From: Cirrosporium novae-zelandiae | Taxonomy: Eukaryota | Length of the DNA: 64,000 bases | Direction: 5' to 3' | NCBI GenBank assembly: GCA_026023565.1 | Contig: JAPETS010000005.1 | Coordinates: 682,001-746,000, forward strand | Shown: piece by piece, positions 24,400-37,009 of the stretch | How positions within the stretch are numbered: position 1 is the stretch's first letter | Layout: every line of letters starts with the position of its first letter | Translations under genes and position numbers: made by a program | Notes under the pieces: model-generated | The model's input: only the letters and a program-made list of their open reading frames with translations | Databases searched by the model: none | What the model was told of the DNA's origin: nothing

Positions 24400-27134
24400 T
24401 TACTCGACCTCGAATAGCGCAACTGTGGAGCAGTAAGTATCCTCGTTTGCGCTTTGTTTGACGACGCTGGCCCCGGACATAGTGACCATGTTTGTAGAAG
24501 CCTTGGTGCTGAGACCCCACAGCTCGATGTTGGTATTGTTGCCGTCAATGGCGACGATGTTTTCCTGGCAGCTTTCGGTTTCCAGGCATGTCTGGTCGTA
24601 GTTGTCGAAGAAGCTGTAGAGACCCGCGCCGAAGACATAGACGTCGGAGGAATCCTTGATGCGCAGACCCCATGCCTTCTTGCACGCGTCTGTCGTGCAG
24701 GACGCGAATGTCGGGTCCGAGTATGTGGTATTGGGCGTGAAGGGGGTTAGCGCGTTGGGATTGGATTGGAAATATGGTGTTTCGGTTTGGATGAGCGCCA
24801 TATATACATTCTTGGCGTTGACGATCTGGTAGTTGTACAGGGTTGAGTGTTCGGCGCTGGTTCCGTACATCCAGACGGGGCCTTCGGCCGACTCGATGAG
24901 TACTCCGCGTCCGTTGTAGATGTCGATTTGGTTGTGGTCGGAGAGATCGAGCTCGTGGTCTGCGACCCAGAACCAGTTGTTTTCCAGATAGATGGATGCT
25001 TGTTCCGTGACGTGTAGGAGCATGAATGCACCTTCGCAACTGGCATCGGCAGTGTGCTCCGTCGCGTTATTCATGACGCATGTATCGGATTGCAATTCTG
25101 TTCCTGCGGATCCTCCGATTCGGAAATGAGTGTCCCACATAGCACTTGCACCCTTCTCACTGGCTGGGTCTGCGATGTTCCATTCCATCATGATGGCACC
25201 TGGTTGTGGACCATGGGTCTCAAATATGAGGTCTGAGATCTCGACTGAGCCGGTTTCACCAGGGTCCCCTACTCGGAAGACAGGGTGAGGATCCGAGGCA
25301 TCAGAGAAATAGGTGCCCGAAGCCATGATGAGAGGCCAAATTTCACCTGTAATCTTGATATTTGCTGGCACTTGGATGGTGGAAGTGACGAGGTAGGCAC
25401 CGTGATCAAAGTAAACAATAGAGGAAGTGTTCGCCGCAGAGTTGAAGATTTTCTGGATCGCTGCGGTGTCATCTGTGCTGCCGTCGCCTTTCGCACCATT
25501 TGACTTGACAGAGATGAAGGACGAAGCCGGATAAACTGAATATTGGGGTTTGGAGCGCTCGAAAACTTTGTTGGAAGACGAGAGGAGGGCAGAAGGTTTG
25601 GTGGACGTGGTGAGACTGCCTTGGACGATATTCTTTTGGGAGGTGATTGTCAAGGTAGATCCTACGGTAGATTCTACATCTGAGTTAGTGAATGCATCCA
25701 CGTCTAAGGGAGTCGAGCAGGTGTCGTCATCAATGGGAGTTGAAGTAGTAGATTTGGCCGAATTACCTGACACTGAATACGTATTTCCCTGGGCCCATAA
25801 CTTCACATTCGATCCACCCGCGAGAAGGGTACTTCCAGAAGCATCGGAGACGGCGTTCGTAGATGAAGTAAAGTCGACGTTATCAACAATGAGGGTACCG
25901 TTGGATTCTCCACCATTTCCAGATTTCGAGTATGCGGTGACGATACCGTGAGTCGCGCCGATTGTGCTATCGAGTACGAGTACTGACCCAACGAGTTGAC
26001 CTCCAGAGGTATCTGTGCCCGACATGTTGATTCCAACACCACAGTTGTTGATCTCAAGGGACTTGAAAGTCCACACCCAGTCCCAGTTAACGTACATTGC
26101 GGTTTTGCAGTTATTGAAAGTTAGGTTCCGGGTCGTAAATTGTTGACTTCCAAGGTAGGCGCCATAGTTTCCTCCGTTGAAGACAAGATCAGACATGAAC
26201 CCACCGGAACCATTGTCCATGAAGATACCTTCCTGCTTGTTATCAGTACCACCTTGAATCATCTCAAAGCGGATGTTCTGTAAGCTAGTGGCCTGTGCAA
26301 CCTGCCAATGGATTCCTGCACCAGAGCTCTCTGGCATGGAAGTGAGATCAATGACGAAATTGCGAATTTGACGGAAGAAATTGTTTTGGTTAGTGTACCA
26401 GTTGGAACCATCATCCTCGTAGGGATCTGCGTCGATGACAGCCATACCGGTGAAACTGGCTGCGGCCTTCAAGGTGGGAGGATTAAGAGCATCACCAACG
26501 AGCTGAGTGTAATAGTACTGAATGATGGGTGTAGATACCAAATAAGTGCCCTCGGGGAAGTAGACTAGTGCTGGGGTGAGAGTCGTAGAGTCACAGTTCA
26601 ATCCACAGCGTTGACCAGAGGAAATGGCCAAGTTGATCGCAGTTGTGTCGTCGGTTGTTCCATCGCCTGTCCCAGAAGTAGATTAGCTATTGGAGATGTT
26701 TCAGATACTTTAGAAACCTTCGATCAGAATTTGATGTGGTAGTAATATTCATTTCCCGAATATGAACAAGATATCAGATTCGCGGAGGTAAATAGAATAT
26801 TTTAACACATGCTCAAATTAAAGCCAAGATATGAGAGATTCAACATAAAGCCTAGCTGAAGGAAAAGGTCTTACTTACCAACAGCACCGTAATCCTTGAC
26901 ATTTCGGAAGATTTCATAATCGGTTGAATTTGAATTGAAGGCAACAGTTCCTTGACGATCAATATTTGCAACCCAGTAGCTTGAGCTTGACGCTGAAGAA
27001 GTAGACACCGAAACCGATGCAGATACAGAGAGAGCAGGGCCTGCAATGGGAGCTCCGTGGACAGAAGAAGAGGACCAGCCCAGCAGAAGCAATCTCCAAG
27101 TTAGAAGGAGTGTGATGGTAGAGAATCCTGCCAT
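24400..27134 (-). CDS. Secreted GH55 exo-beta-1,3-glucanase; intron 26878-26667
   Basis: Signal peptide, 'FRNVKDYGAVG|DGTTDDTTAIN', 'WYTNQNNFFRQIRNF', 'HWQVAQATSLQN', a second beta-helix start 'GAKGDGSTDDTAAIQ', 'WVADHELD' and catalytic-region 'IQTETPYFQ'. Confidence 0.93.
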
Positions 27135-28616
27135 GATGAAGATCAGTTGAATAGAGAATGTCGAGGTCAAAGAGAAAAGGTCAAGCTGATATTCTCAGAA
27201 TATGTCAGTGTCCGGCACTGAAGCTTCTCAATGTGACTCGTAGATGTTGAGTTCTTGTTGCAGGCAGTTTGTTGTCGAAAACCCGATGTGGCTGGGAGTT
27301 GAGGAGCAAACAAACAAGAAAAGAGCGTAGAGATGATTGACCCAGACAGCGAATGAATGAATGGTTGTTGTGATAGAATGGAAGACAACCAGGTGGTGTT
27401 GGATCAACCAAAACAAAAAAATGAGAGACTGAACTGAAATGACAGGCTACTGGGAGAGCTATAATGCACACTGTACAGAAGCGCGTAGGGAGAAAAAGAC
27501 CTGAGTTTACGGTGGACGAAGGTTGAAATAAGAAGTTTCTGGGGAAGACTTGATGTTTCATTTCAACAAGATTGCCCTTGCTTCGTGGCCCCTTTTTGGA
27601 AAAATATATAACCTCATCACCAAAGTTCCCATTTTCTTGAATCTGATTCGCGCTAACATGACGAGAGTCATTTGAGCCAATCTCCTGCTCCTGGTTAGTT
27701 TGAAGAAAATCATGTCTATTTTGTTTGACCATGATAGATGATGATAGGTATGAATGGACAAAGGGACAAGGCAGATGAGGGTAAATAGTACTAGTTTGCA
27801 ACTATTTCAGGAATGACTAGAGTCTATTCGTGCTTTTTTATGCTGTGAAACATGGTGTGTTTCTTCTGATTCTGGGGGACCTTTGAATCTTTCGACTTTC
27901 TTTGAAGCTACCGTGTGTCTACCGTTGTCTAACGTCCCATTCGCTTCGATCGCTTGGACATGATAGCCCCACGGAAGCTCCAAGGAACCCCCTTGCCTTA
28001 ATAACAAAAGAAAAGCCCAAGAGCCGAAGAGCCCAAGGGTCCAAAAGGGCCAAGGGGGGCGCTACCGAACAGAAAATTCCGGACCGATGCCTTCCTTCCT
28101 GTACATCATCCACCCATCCCCCCCATCCAAGTACATAATAACTCATCTAGACTCTTCTTGCTCTTCCGTAACAACTTTCTTTTAATTCTATCTCGTCCTG
28201 GTTTAGATCTACAAATAATTATCAGACATCTCATAATTTTCAATTTCAGATAGGACTCTCTCAGACAGTTAAACAGCGAAAAGACCAAGGAAAGGCCCCT
28301 CTCCACCCCTGTCCTAGATTGGAACATCATCACTTTAGAACCAACAACAAAGCTTGGCTAGACATTCCTGAAACCACCATCAACCAACCTCATGCTTATT
28401 TTCTTCTTTTTTAGAGCAGATTGTAACATTGAGAAATTACCCATGGCCACATAGGAAGGCCAATGTGTGCTTTTTTTATAGTGTCTACGTATGCACTCTA
28501 TCCCTTTAATTCTAATCCTCTATGAACCTTAGATCCGTCATCATTGGTTATGATGGTTATAGATAGATATAGCCATCCGAGAGAAAATACTTCTTTCTAC
28601 CTACCTGATGACCACC

Positions 28617-30106
28617 CTATTGATATTGCCCCACATCCCTGTCTTTTCCATCATCAGACGGACCTTGCCATTTCCCCTCCTTCATATGTCGCATGACAGA
28701 CCCTAATCTACGGATTCCCTCTGATAGTTTTTCTTCTTCCTCCCATGAGAAGCAAAGCCGAATGTCTCGATCCAGATTGATCCCTTGCTCGTCACCGACC
28801 ACTGCAAATATTGAACCAGGTGCAACAATAAGGTTTTCCTTCCTCTTCGCTACTTCCGCTAGTTCATCGGCTTGGAGTGGTTCAGGAAGGGATAACCAGA
28901 TGAAATAACCTCCGGCGACGTCCCTTTCTGGTTGTGTCAATGTTACTCCAAGTGGCAGCAATTCTTTTTCAATCGCCTTCATCATAGAATGGTATCGAGA
29001 AGCATATGCTGGTTGGAGGGTATGTAGGATGTGGTTCTCGAGATCTCCAGATTTTAAGACTTCGCTGACAAAGGTGGCGGTGAGATGTGATGGGGCGCCA
29101 CCAGATCGTGATGACCCTCTTAATGGCTTACTTTAGCAGGTATTTCATAACAATCATTTGTCCATACTAACGTTTGTGAAATCCCATAAGCGAGTTTTTC
29201 GGTACCTTCAGCCCAACCTGTTCGACAACCCGGACCAAGTATTTTACTGAAGCTGCCATTGCTAAGAGTATTCCCAAACTGGTCAGAGCTTGCCATCTCG
29301 GAGCCCCCGTCAAGCTCCCGATCCACATCGACCAGTCTAGGGAGGATTGTTTGTCCCATTGAAGACGTTTTGCTGGCATTGGTATCCCATTGCAATTGAT
29401 CATATACATCGTCACTAACGATGAGCGCGTCATGTTCTCTGGCTATTCGGACAAGCTGTTGACGACGAAGTAAGGACATTGTTTTCGAGGATGGATTCGC
29501 AAAGGTGGGGACGGCATAAATCAGATGACGGTATATTTTGCTCCATGGTCTCGCCTTTTTGATCGTCTTCTCGTTGTTATGATTTGTGATTTTATCAGTC
29601 AATACAGGGGAGTACTACTATACCGGATGAGTGGTCCCATGTGCTTTTGCTTCCTGATCACTCTTGCGAAGTTCACGCTCAAGAAATTCAATATTAAGTC
29701 CCTCTTCATCTTCCGGCACAGCTCTAAGCCTCCCAGAAAATCCATTGTCTTCAAAAATCCGGCAGGCAAGGAAGTATGTGGGGGCGATCATCCAGACATT
29801 GGTATAGATTGGATCAGTAAACACTTGAAGTACGCAAGCAAGATTCTGAGAGGCTCCTCCGGTAATACATATCCTATTGAGGCTGATGGGTGAGGAAGGT
29901 CTGTAGAAGTTGGTCAACCACCGTGCCACTTCCTCACGAAGTGGCTCATATCCAGCGTCGGGGCCGTAGAGAAGTCCAGGAGTATAGATCTCCGAGTCGG
30001 ACAAACACGTGTTTGCAGCAGCCTTGATGAATGGAGCCGGAAGGAGTTTAGGGTTAGGCCAACCTCGTAATAGATTGATGAGTGGCTTTGAACAATTGTG
30101 ATTCAT
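28617..30106 (-). CDS. PLP-dependent class I/II aminotransferase (YER152C-like); introns ~29623-29567 and 29171-29119
   Basis: Motifs 'INLLRGWPNP', 'ITGGASQNL', 'PTYFLACRIFED', 'YAVPTFANPS', 'SDDVYD', PLP-Lys 'GSFSKILGPGCRTGW' and 'GGYFIWL'. Confidence 0.9.
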
Positions 30107-30904
30107 GGTTGATACGTAGCACACATGCGGTAGGAAATGGGCCACAATGGGATGGGGTAAATCTGAAAATAGAAGCAGGCACACACACCATACACTCACG
30201 ATAAGCCTGAAACTTTGGGTTTGAGTTGTAAACGTTCTAAAATTCCGATGGTTGTGACTTGGGACGTTTGATCAATTCAATCCAAACTGTTTTGAGGAAG
30301 CGACTATTAGAGTACTATCAGAAGACTATAGAGTTTTGAAAGTACATAAAGTAAGAAATAGAAGGGATGGGATATTGCCTTCATTACCTTTGATTACGGG
30401 GTGGTACTGTATAGGTGTAATTAATTGGCACGAGCACAAAGTGAACAAACATCATATGAAGAGAATAATTATCATGGATGGGTCGGACATGAAAAGACCA
30501 GTGAGAAGGGAGACGGTACCGGTATTACGCAGCGCTTTAAAGTCGTCAGTCTGCTCCGCCCCAATTCCTAATTCCTTATTCCCCAATTCACAATTCACAG
30601 TGCGCATCATTCTTGAATTTAGCTTTTTAACTAGGTTGACAGGGAAACAAAGGCTTTCTCCTCAACACCTAAATATCCTAAATATCCTCCGTTGTCCAAC
30701 AGCATCGAATGTCATTTTGATTTCAATTTCAACACCCCCTCTCCATCTTACTACCATTACCAAAGATCTCGTCGATTAACTTTAGGAGATTCCAACTGTG
30801 GCGCTAAAACCGCGGCCAACTTACCTGAACCAGACTTCCTTCGCTCCCACCCTAGTGTCAATTCAATCTCGCCCCAAAGACCTTCTTGCCCTATCAGTGA
30901 AGCC

Positions 30905-33662
30905 ATGAGTTCAAATCCCACGGGAAGTCCTCCAAGACTACCAGATCCGCCAAGCCATGTCTCATCTCCATCCCTCGGGAATGTAAGCCCTCCCAATTCA
31001 CATATCCGCAATGTTTCCTCCCAGTCAGTATTATCCCAACGCTCTCAACAATCTGCTCGATCCGGACGTTCAGGCCATTCCGTTAGACCATCAATATCCA
31101 CCCAGGCACTCTCCTCAGACATAGACGGTCTCTTTTCTCCTCCACAACCCATTCAAGACTTTGCTATACAGCGACCTTATTCTGCTGGGAGAAGCAGGCC
31201 ACATAGCAGAAATGTTAGCACAGACCTTTCACCCGAGGGGGGCTTGCGAAGCAGATCGGCAAGCAGACCACGTACCAGTGCTGGAACTCGGAATTCTACA
31301 CCACATGGCCTACCACCAAATTCAAATGATAGTGGACCAAATAGCGCGAGTGCAAGCAGAAATTCCACACCATCTGGTATCTTGCGAAAACCTATGCCCT
31401 CGTCTTTAGCCGGTCTCACCCCTCCTCCAATTCCTACAGATGATACATCTACCTCTGAGAGCAGGAGAAGGCGACTAAGTTGGTTTCCTGGAATGTTGCC
31501 CGCAAAGATGCCTGGAAAATTGCATAAAGCGTCTCGTTCTACCTCAGATATCTCGAATTCAAGCAGTGGGCCGAAAGCATGGGTCCTGGGACCTGCAGGA
31601 GGTAATCCATATGATACCTCGCCATTAATTAATGGTCAAAAGGTCCGTTTATAAAATGCATATCAGAATTGTTGACAGGAGTCTAATTTGTGAACAGATA
31701 CCAGAGCTCTGGGATGACAGCGGCGATGCGCTGATTTATCTCTTTCCTAAGGAGAGTGGCAAGGGACCATCATTCAAGATTCATTCCTCCACTTTCACTG
31801 CATCTCGCAATTTGATTTCAATTGCTTTTGGTACTAGTGACCCTGAGAACAACAGATTGAGCTTCGGCTCGGAACCGTTGGAACCTTCGCAGGAGATAGA
31901 GTTGGATCATGCTCCCGTCTTCACTCAGCTGAACGGCGCCACTGACGCCCCAACGCACGATATTCATGTCTATATCCCACTCCCTCTAAAATCAAACCTG
32001 TCTACACCTAATGCCAAATTGCTACCAGAAGACGTTGAAACGCTAATTTCCCACCGGAATCTATTTGCATTCTTAACATCTGGAGCATTGGTCGCAACTC
32101 TCAGACACTCATCACCTTTCGCTACGCTACTCGATGTTTCAGATCTCTTGGCCCATTTTGAATTTTCGAACTACGATGGCTCGACCTACGGTGAGGAGCC
32201 GGAAACTGCTTTCAACCGCTACTGCGAAGAGTTCCTATTAGCAGATGTCAAGCACAGCAGAGAAAAGACGATCGAGGGTGTTGTGCTTGCAGAGAGGATG
32301 CGGTCTGCGGATCTCTACCATCAAACATTTGTTCATGCAGCTGGCAACTGGGAAGAGCTTGTTCGTTTAAAGAGCCCCAAGTTCGACCTGATTTCGAATG
32401 TAACCCGCAATCGCCTTGAGAGGGCTTCCTTGGATTTGGCGACCAGAATCCGAAATGTCGAAATTCGTCTGACTGACTTCGAGTTCCCTTCTCTTTTCAC
32501 TGGTATTGCTAATTCTCAAACTAGCGAAGAAAGTAAACTCGTTGACTTTAAAGCATGGGAGAAATCCTATACCAATATGCGAAAGTTCACTTTGGGTGTA
32601 TACAGAAAGAAATACGGTGATTGGCCTCCAAGGGCCAGCTCCAAAAAGAATAACTTTGAATTGGATGGTCTTAACCGTATGGTCCTAAGAGAGGTCTACC
32701 AAGACTTCTCAGACATTTATGACGTGCTGGTTGACCGTTTGTCTCTCACAACTCGAACAATGAACATGCCCTCCCAGGACACTGAACCCACCGACCAAGA
32801 CGTCACGGGAAAAATCATCCGTCGTATACTAAGTGAATATGATCGTAGCTCCCCGCCCGTCCAACCTCCTGTTCCGTTTGACGTTCCCATTTACCCTACC
32901 CTCGCCTCTATCAAACGTGACTATGAAGCCATGGATCCAATGAGACAATTCAAAGAACGTGGGAAACGTCTCCGTAGCTCTGATATTAGTGTGATGCTAA
33001 TGCAGGCCTGCAACCGGGAAGATATCAAGCCCTCAGCTTTCCTAAAAAGCTTCATAGAATATGAGCGCAAGGAAGCACACGGAAAAAACGTGGAAGAAAT
33101 CAGGGACCTAAGGATCGGACAGTGGATATTCATGTATGTGGTCATTCAGTCTCTTCCACTTCTTATAGTGGATGCTCCAAATCTACACTACACGAATGGT
33201 GTGGAATATTTTCTATGCGAGATCCCCAGAGGCGGTCTACCTTGGGCTAGAGAAGAATCAGGCAGGAAAATGAATTGGTATGGCATTGCTGGCGGCTCAG
33301 GTGTTGTTTCTATGCCTTCGGATGTTGTTGAATCTAGTATCGAAGGCATCTACCAACGCAGCCATTGCTGGGTCATGGCGGATAAATGGACTTCTGGAGC
33401 CGCATTCGCTCAACCCAATACCCCCCTTAGCGATCCTTCGAGTTTGTCTCCAGAACTCCAACCACCAAATTACTCACCCGATGGACTAAGGCCACCGAGT
33501 CAGGGGAGTGAGAGAGGTGGAGGGAGAAGCAGACGAACTTCTTTTCACCTTGGGCTTGAGGCGTTGCCACTTCCTCCTGGGATTGATCCGGGTTCTAATT
33601 CCAGACCTGTATCCGTGCATAATCCGAATCTCAGCTTCAATGATATCTTAGGGAAGAAGTAA
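30905..33662 (+). CDS. Uncharacterised fungal protein (~900 aa): Ser/Pro-rich N-terminus, globular core; intron 31643-31697
   Basis: Two long ORFs joined in frame by a GT..CTAAT..CAG intron. The core contains globular-looking segments 'PELWDDSGDALIYL', 'SPPVQPPVPFDVP' and 'WIFMYVVIQSLP'. Confidence 0.8.
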
Positions 33663-35107
33663 AGAAGTGGGTGATGAAAGAGGAAGTAAGAACATGGTGG
33701 AATAAGACAGTCGAAAAACGAAAACGAAAGTTTATGTCAGAAGCAGCATCAGCATCATCATTCGGCGTTTTCATTTTCTATGGGTTTAACGCATTGCATC
33801 ATTAAAATTTCGAAACCGAAACAGTTCACGAGAGAGGAAAATGGAAGCATTGGTTGGTTGAGCATTAACGAGATACCTGCATCAGGAAAGGAAGGAAGGG
33901 GCATCATAAAGATATACCAAGAGTGTGATCTTTCTTAGGCGTTATTGAAATGGAAATTGTTTTTTCTTTTTTCTTTCCTTATCTTTTTTCCAATTTTTTT
34001 CATATTTCGTGACTTTTAAAAAAAGCTTTTCCCGTTTTTTTTCAATTCTTGCCTTTTTAACATCGTTTTTTTACCATTATCTTTTTTTGTTATGTTTATG
34101 TTTTTTGCTCTAAAGTATAGTTACAAGTAAATCTTAGTGTTTGAGTCTTAATAGAATTTTTACCTCTTTTTTTTTTGGTCTTATTCAAAATAGATACTTG
34201 GCACTCTTGATAGAGAGAAATATTTTTCCAGTGGCCAACAACCTAACCCGAAGGTACATGTACCTACCTTAACTATTCTATCTACAGTATCTGCTGGAGG
34301 AAATGCTAGATAGATAGATGGATTTTTCGGGCCTCATTAAATAAGAACAAGGAGCAAGTAGGGGGAAATGGGAAATTGGGTTCCCTTACGAATTCACACA
34401 TACGCTCAGGGTTATAGATATAAAACCCTGAAGATGAAGATTTAAAAAGAGATATGCGCGATAATCAATCAGGCGTCAGCGTCAGAGGAGGGAGTAAAGT
34501 AGTGTCCTGTACATTACATATGGTAAGGTGTGGGGGGGGGGGGTATAATAAGGATTAGAACCTGGCATAAAAAAAAGATAAAAGAAAAATGCAAAGATGT
34601 GTTAGATAGATAGATTAGATCCGATATCGGGTTTAGATATATTTTATTCAACTTGGTTTTTTTTTTACCGAGAATATTTTTGCTACTTACTTGCCATAAG
34701 TGGCTGGCTGGCTTGTTGTGTGTTCCAGCTCTCAAAAAAAAGGAAAGGAAAGGAGGAAGTCGGCAACTTTTGCTGATTGAGGTAGCCCGAATTGCATTGC
34801 TTGGTTCCTATCTTGGAAGGTGGTTTTGGGAGATGAAGGGCTCAAGGTTCATCAAACATAAAATCATGGTCTTGAATTTGTTGCAACTTCAATTTTTGGA
34901 TATATATTGTGTTGCCCTAACAACAAACCCCTCGCATTGTGTGCTTTAGAAAATAGGATCCTAGGAGAGCGCCTGCACCATTTGATTTGGGTATTCATAT
35001 CGTAAACGAATTAATCATGGGTATGTTCCGACAACTAACCAAACGAGCATGAATATTAGCTACCAGTTATCTTTAAGCAGAACTTCCATAAAGGCCGACT
35101 CACGACC

Positions 35108-35557
35108 CTATTTTTTGCCAATGATTGGTTCCTCCGTTTTTGGGGTTGTCCTCTCTCCTTGTTCCTTGTAGTCGCTGCCATACTTTCGCATAGAGATGCT
35201 CATCCTCTTTGCCCAACCAAAGATGCCGGATCCGCCGGAGCTCGACTTCTTGTGGGAATGATGCGACTGCGAAGGTGTTGTCGCTGTGGTCGCATTTTCA
35301 TGACTTGGCGCCTGTTCATCTGGAGATTTTACATATTTGATTTCATTGGAATCGCCTCGATACATCAGGACGCCGCCGGTGTATCCGCCTTCAATGGTAT
35401 ATCTGCGGCTAAGACCGGCATGCTCGGCCTCTTCATCGCTATCATGATGGTCATGATGGTCATGGTCATGATGATGATGGTGATGGTGACGGTGAGGTGC
35501 TTCAGTAGAGCTGCGATGAGGGAGATGAGTTGGAGGGTCATTAACTTGGTCAGTCAT
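35108..35557 (-). CDS. Small hypothetical His/Asp-rich protein (149 aa)
   Basis: Intronless ORF with coding-like GC content inside AT-rich flanks. ATG in ATCATG context, TATA-like TATAAATA-type AT tract upstream. Confidence 0.6.
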   Translation of the reverse strand: MTDQVNDPPTHLPHRSSTEAPHRHHHHHHHDHDHHDHHDSDEEAEHAGLSRRYTIEGGYTGGVLMYRGDSNEIKYVKSPDEQAPSHENATTATTPSQSHHSHKKSSSGGSGIFGWAKRMSISMRKYGSDYKEQGERTTPKTEEPIIGKK

Positions 35558-37009
35558 GATGGAGATATGCTTGCTGCTTAATATTGATGGTAGTAGAAGC
35601 GGGATAGGAGGTTAACAAGAGGGGGTTTATGAGATGGTATCTATGAATTGACTAGGTAATTTGACAAGGCTGATAAAAAGCTGAAGAGACGGGGAAGCCC
35701 AGTTGATCCAGTTAGACCGGAGGGCCTCCTGGCGTCTCCAGGTGTTGGCATTTGGAGACGGCATGGGGGTACAAAATGGGATAAAATGGGATAAAACAGG
35801 AAGAGAATAGGCATATTTAATCACATGACTGATATTTATGCTGGTTGTGCACTTCATTCTTTTCATTGAAGAAAGTGAAGAAGCCGAAGATCCCAGAATG
35901 ACGGCTAAAGTTATGTGCGACATTCCTTTTGGGTTCCTCGGGTCCTTGGGGTTGCTTTTACGGGTCCAAAGGGCTGTTTAAGGCCTGTAAGGGCTGGAAG
36001 GGCTGGTAAGGACTATCACCGATGATGTATGCCCAGCCATTGACCCCATTGACCCCATTGACCAATATTCAAGACAAAAATGAAAACACCACAAAGATCT
36101 TAAGACCCAGATAAAGATGAAAAAAAAAAGCTTCGAGAACCTTTCGGCGATTAGGAGAAGATGCCGTCTAACCTACCTTCCCTTAAGCCTTTTTTGTGCA
36201 TGTTACTTATCGTTGTTGTAACATGTTGTGGAAAGTAAAAAAGTAACATATAGAAAGTATTAGAATAATGATGATCTACCATATCACAGATTGTTATTAC
36301 TTGAAAATAATAATATTTATATCTTACGGATGTGTGCATAGAATTTTAAATACCACCTTCCTACGAAAGTAACAAAGAGGACGATATTTCATCCACCTTC
36401 CTGTCTAGTCCTTCACGACATGGAAAACGACGATTGAGTGATCTTATTTTAGTAGCAATCCCTCTTGATGGAGAAGGTGATGAGATTTTTTTTGGTGTGT
36501 TTTGGGTCATTGGGCCTGGTATGTCTGGACTGGTTCTTAACTGAACTTGGGGACCCTCGACCGAAGCAGCGGCGGTGGGCTTGGTGGCCGTGGTGGCCCT
36601 TGTTGGTAGACGTGGTTCTTAGGCGAAGCTGAAAAAAGCGGAGAAGATGGATGGATCAGGAAGGTGCACATTCACCATGGCTCCCTCTGGCTCCCTCTGG
36701 CTCCTTTTAGTCCTCTTCAACCAACAGGAAATCACAAGTGGCAACCCCCAAAAAGCTACAATAATGACAGAATTTTGTATTATTGTCGTACTGGACTACT
36801 GGATATTAAGATGCTTTCGAATTATACAAAAAAACTATTATATCCTGACCTTTTTTACTTTACAACCATCATGGATCACCTTGATAATAACTACGTCCTA
36901 CAAATTCTCATCATTTAACATCCTTTAGTCTTCTTCTCATTCTTTCTCTTTGCATTGCTACTTATCATCCTTCTTTTGCTTTGCTTCTGATTTCATCTCA
37001 TCATCTATC

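Noticed and set aside
27205..27801. 198-aa - strand ORF upstream of GH55
   Set aside because: Non-ATG start and no motifs; it overlaps the expected promoter/5' UTR of the glucanase.
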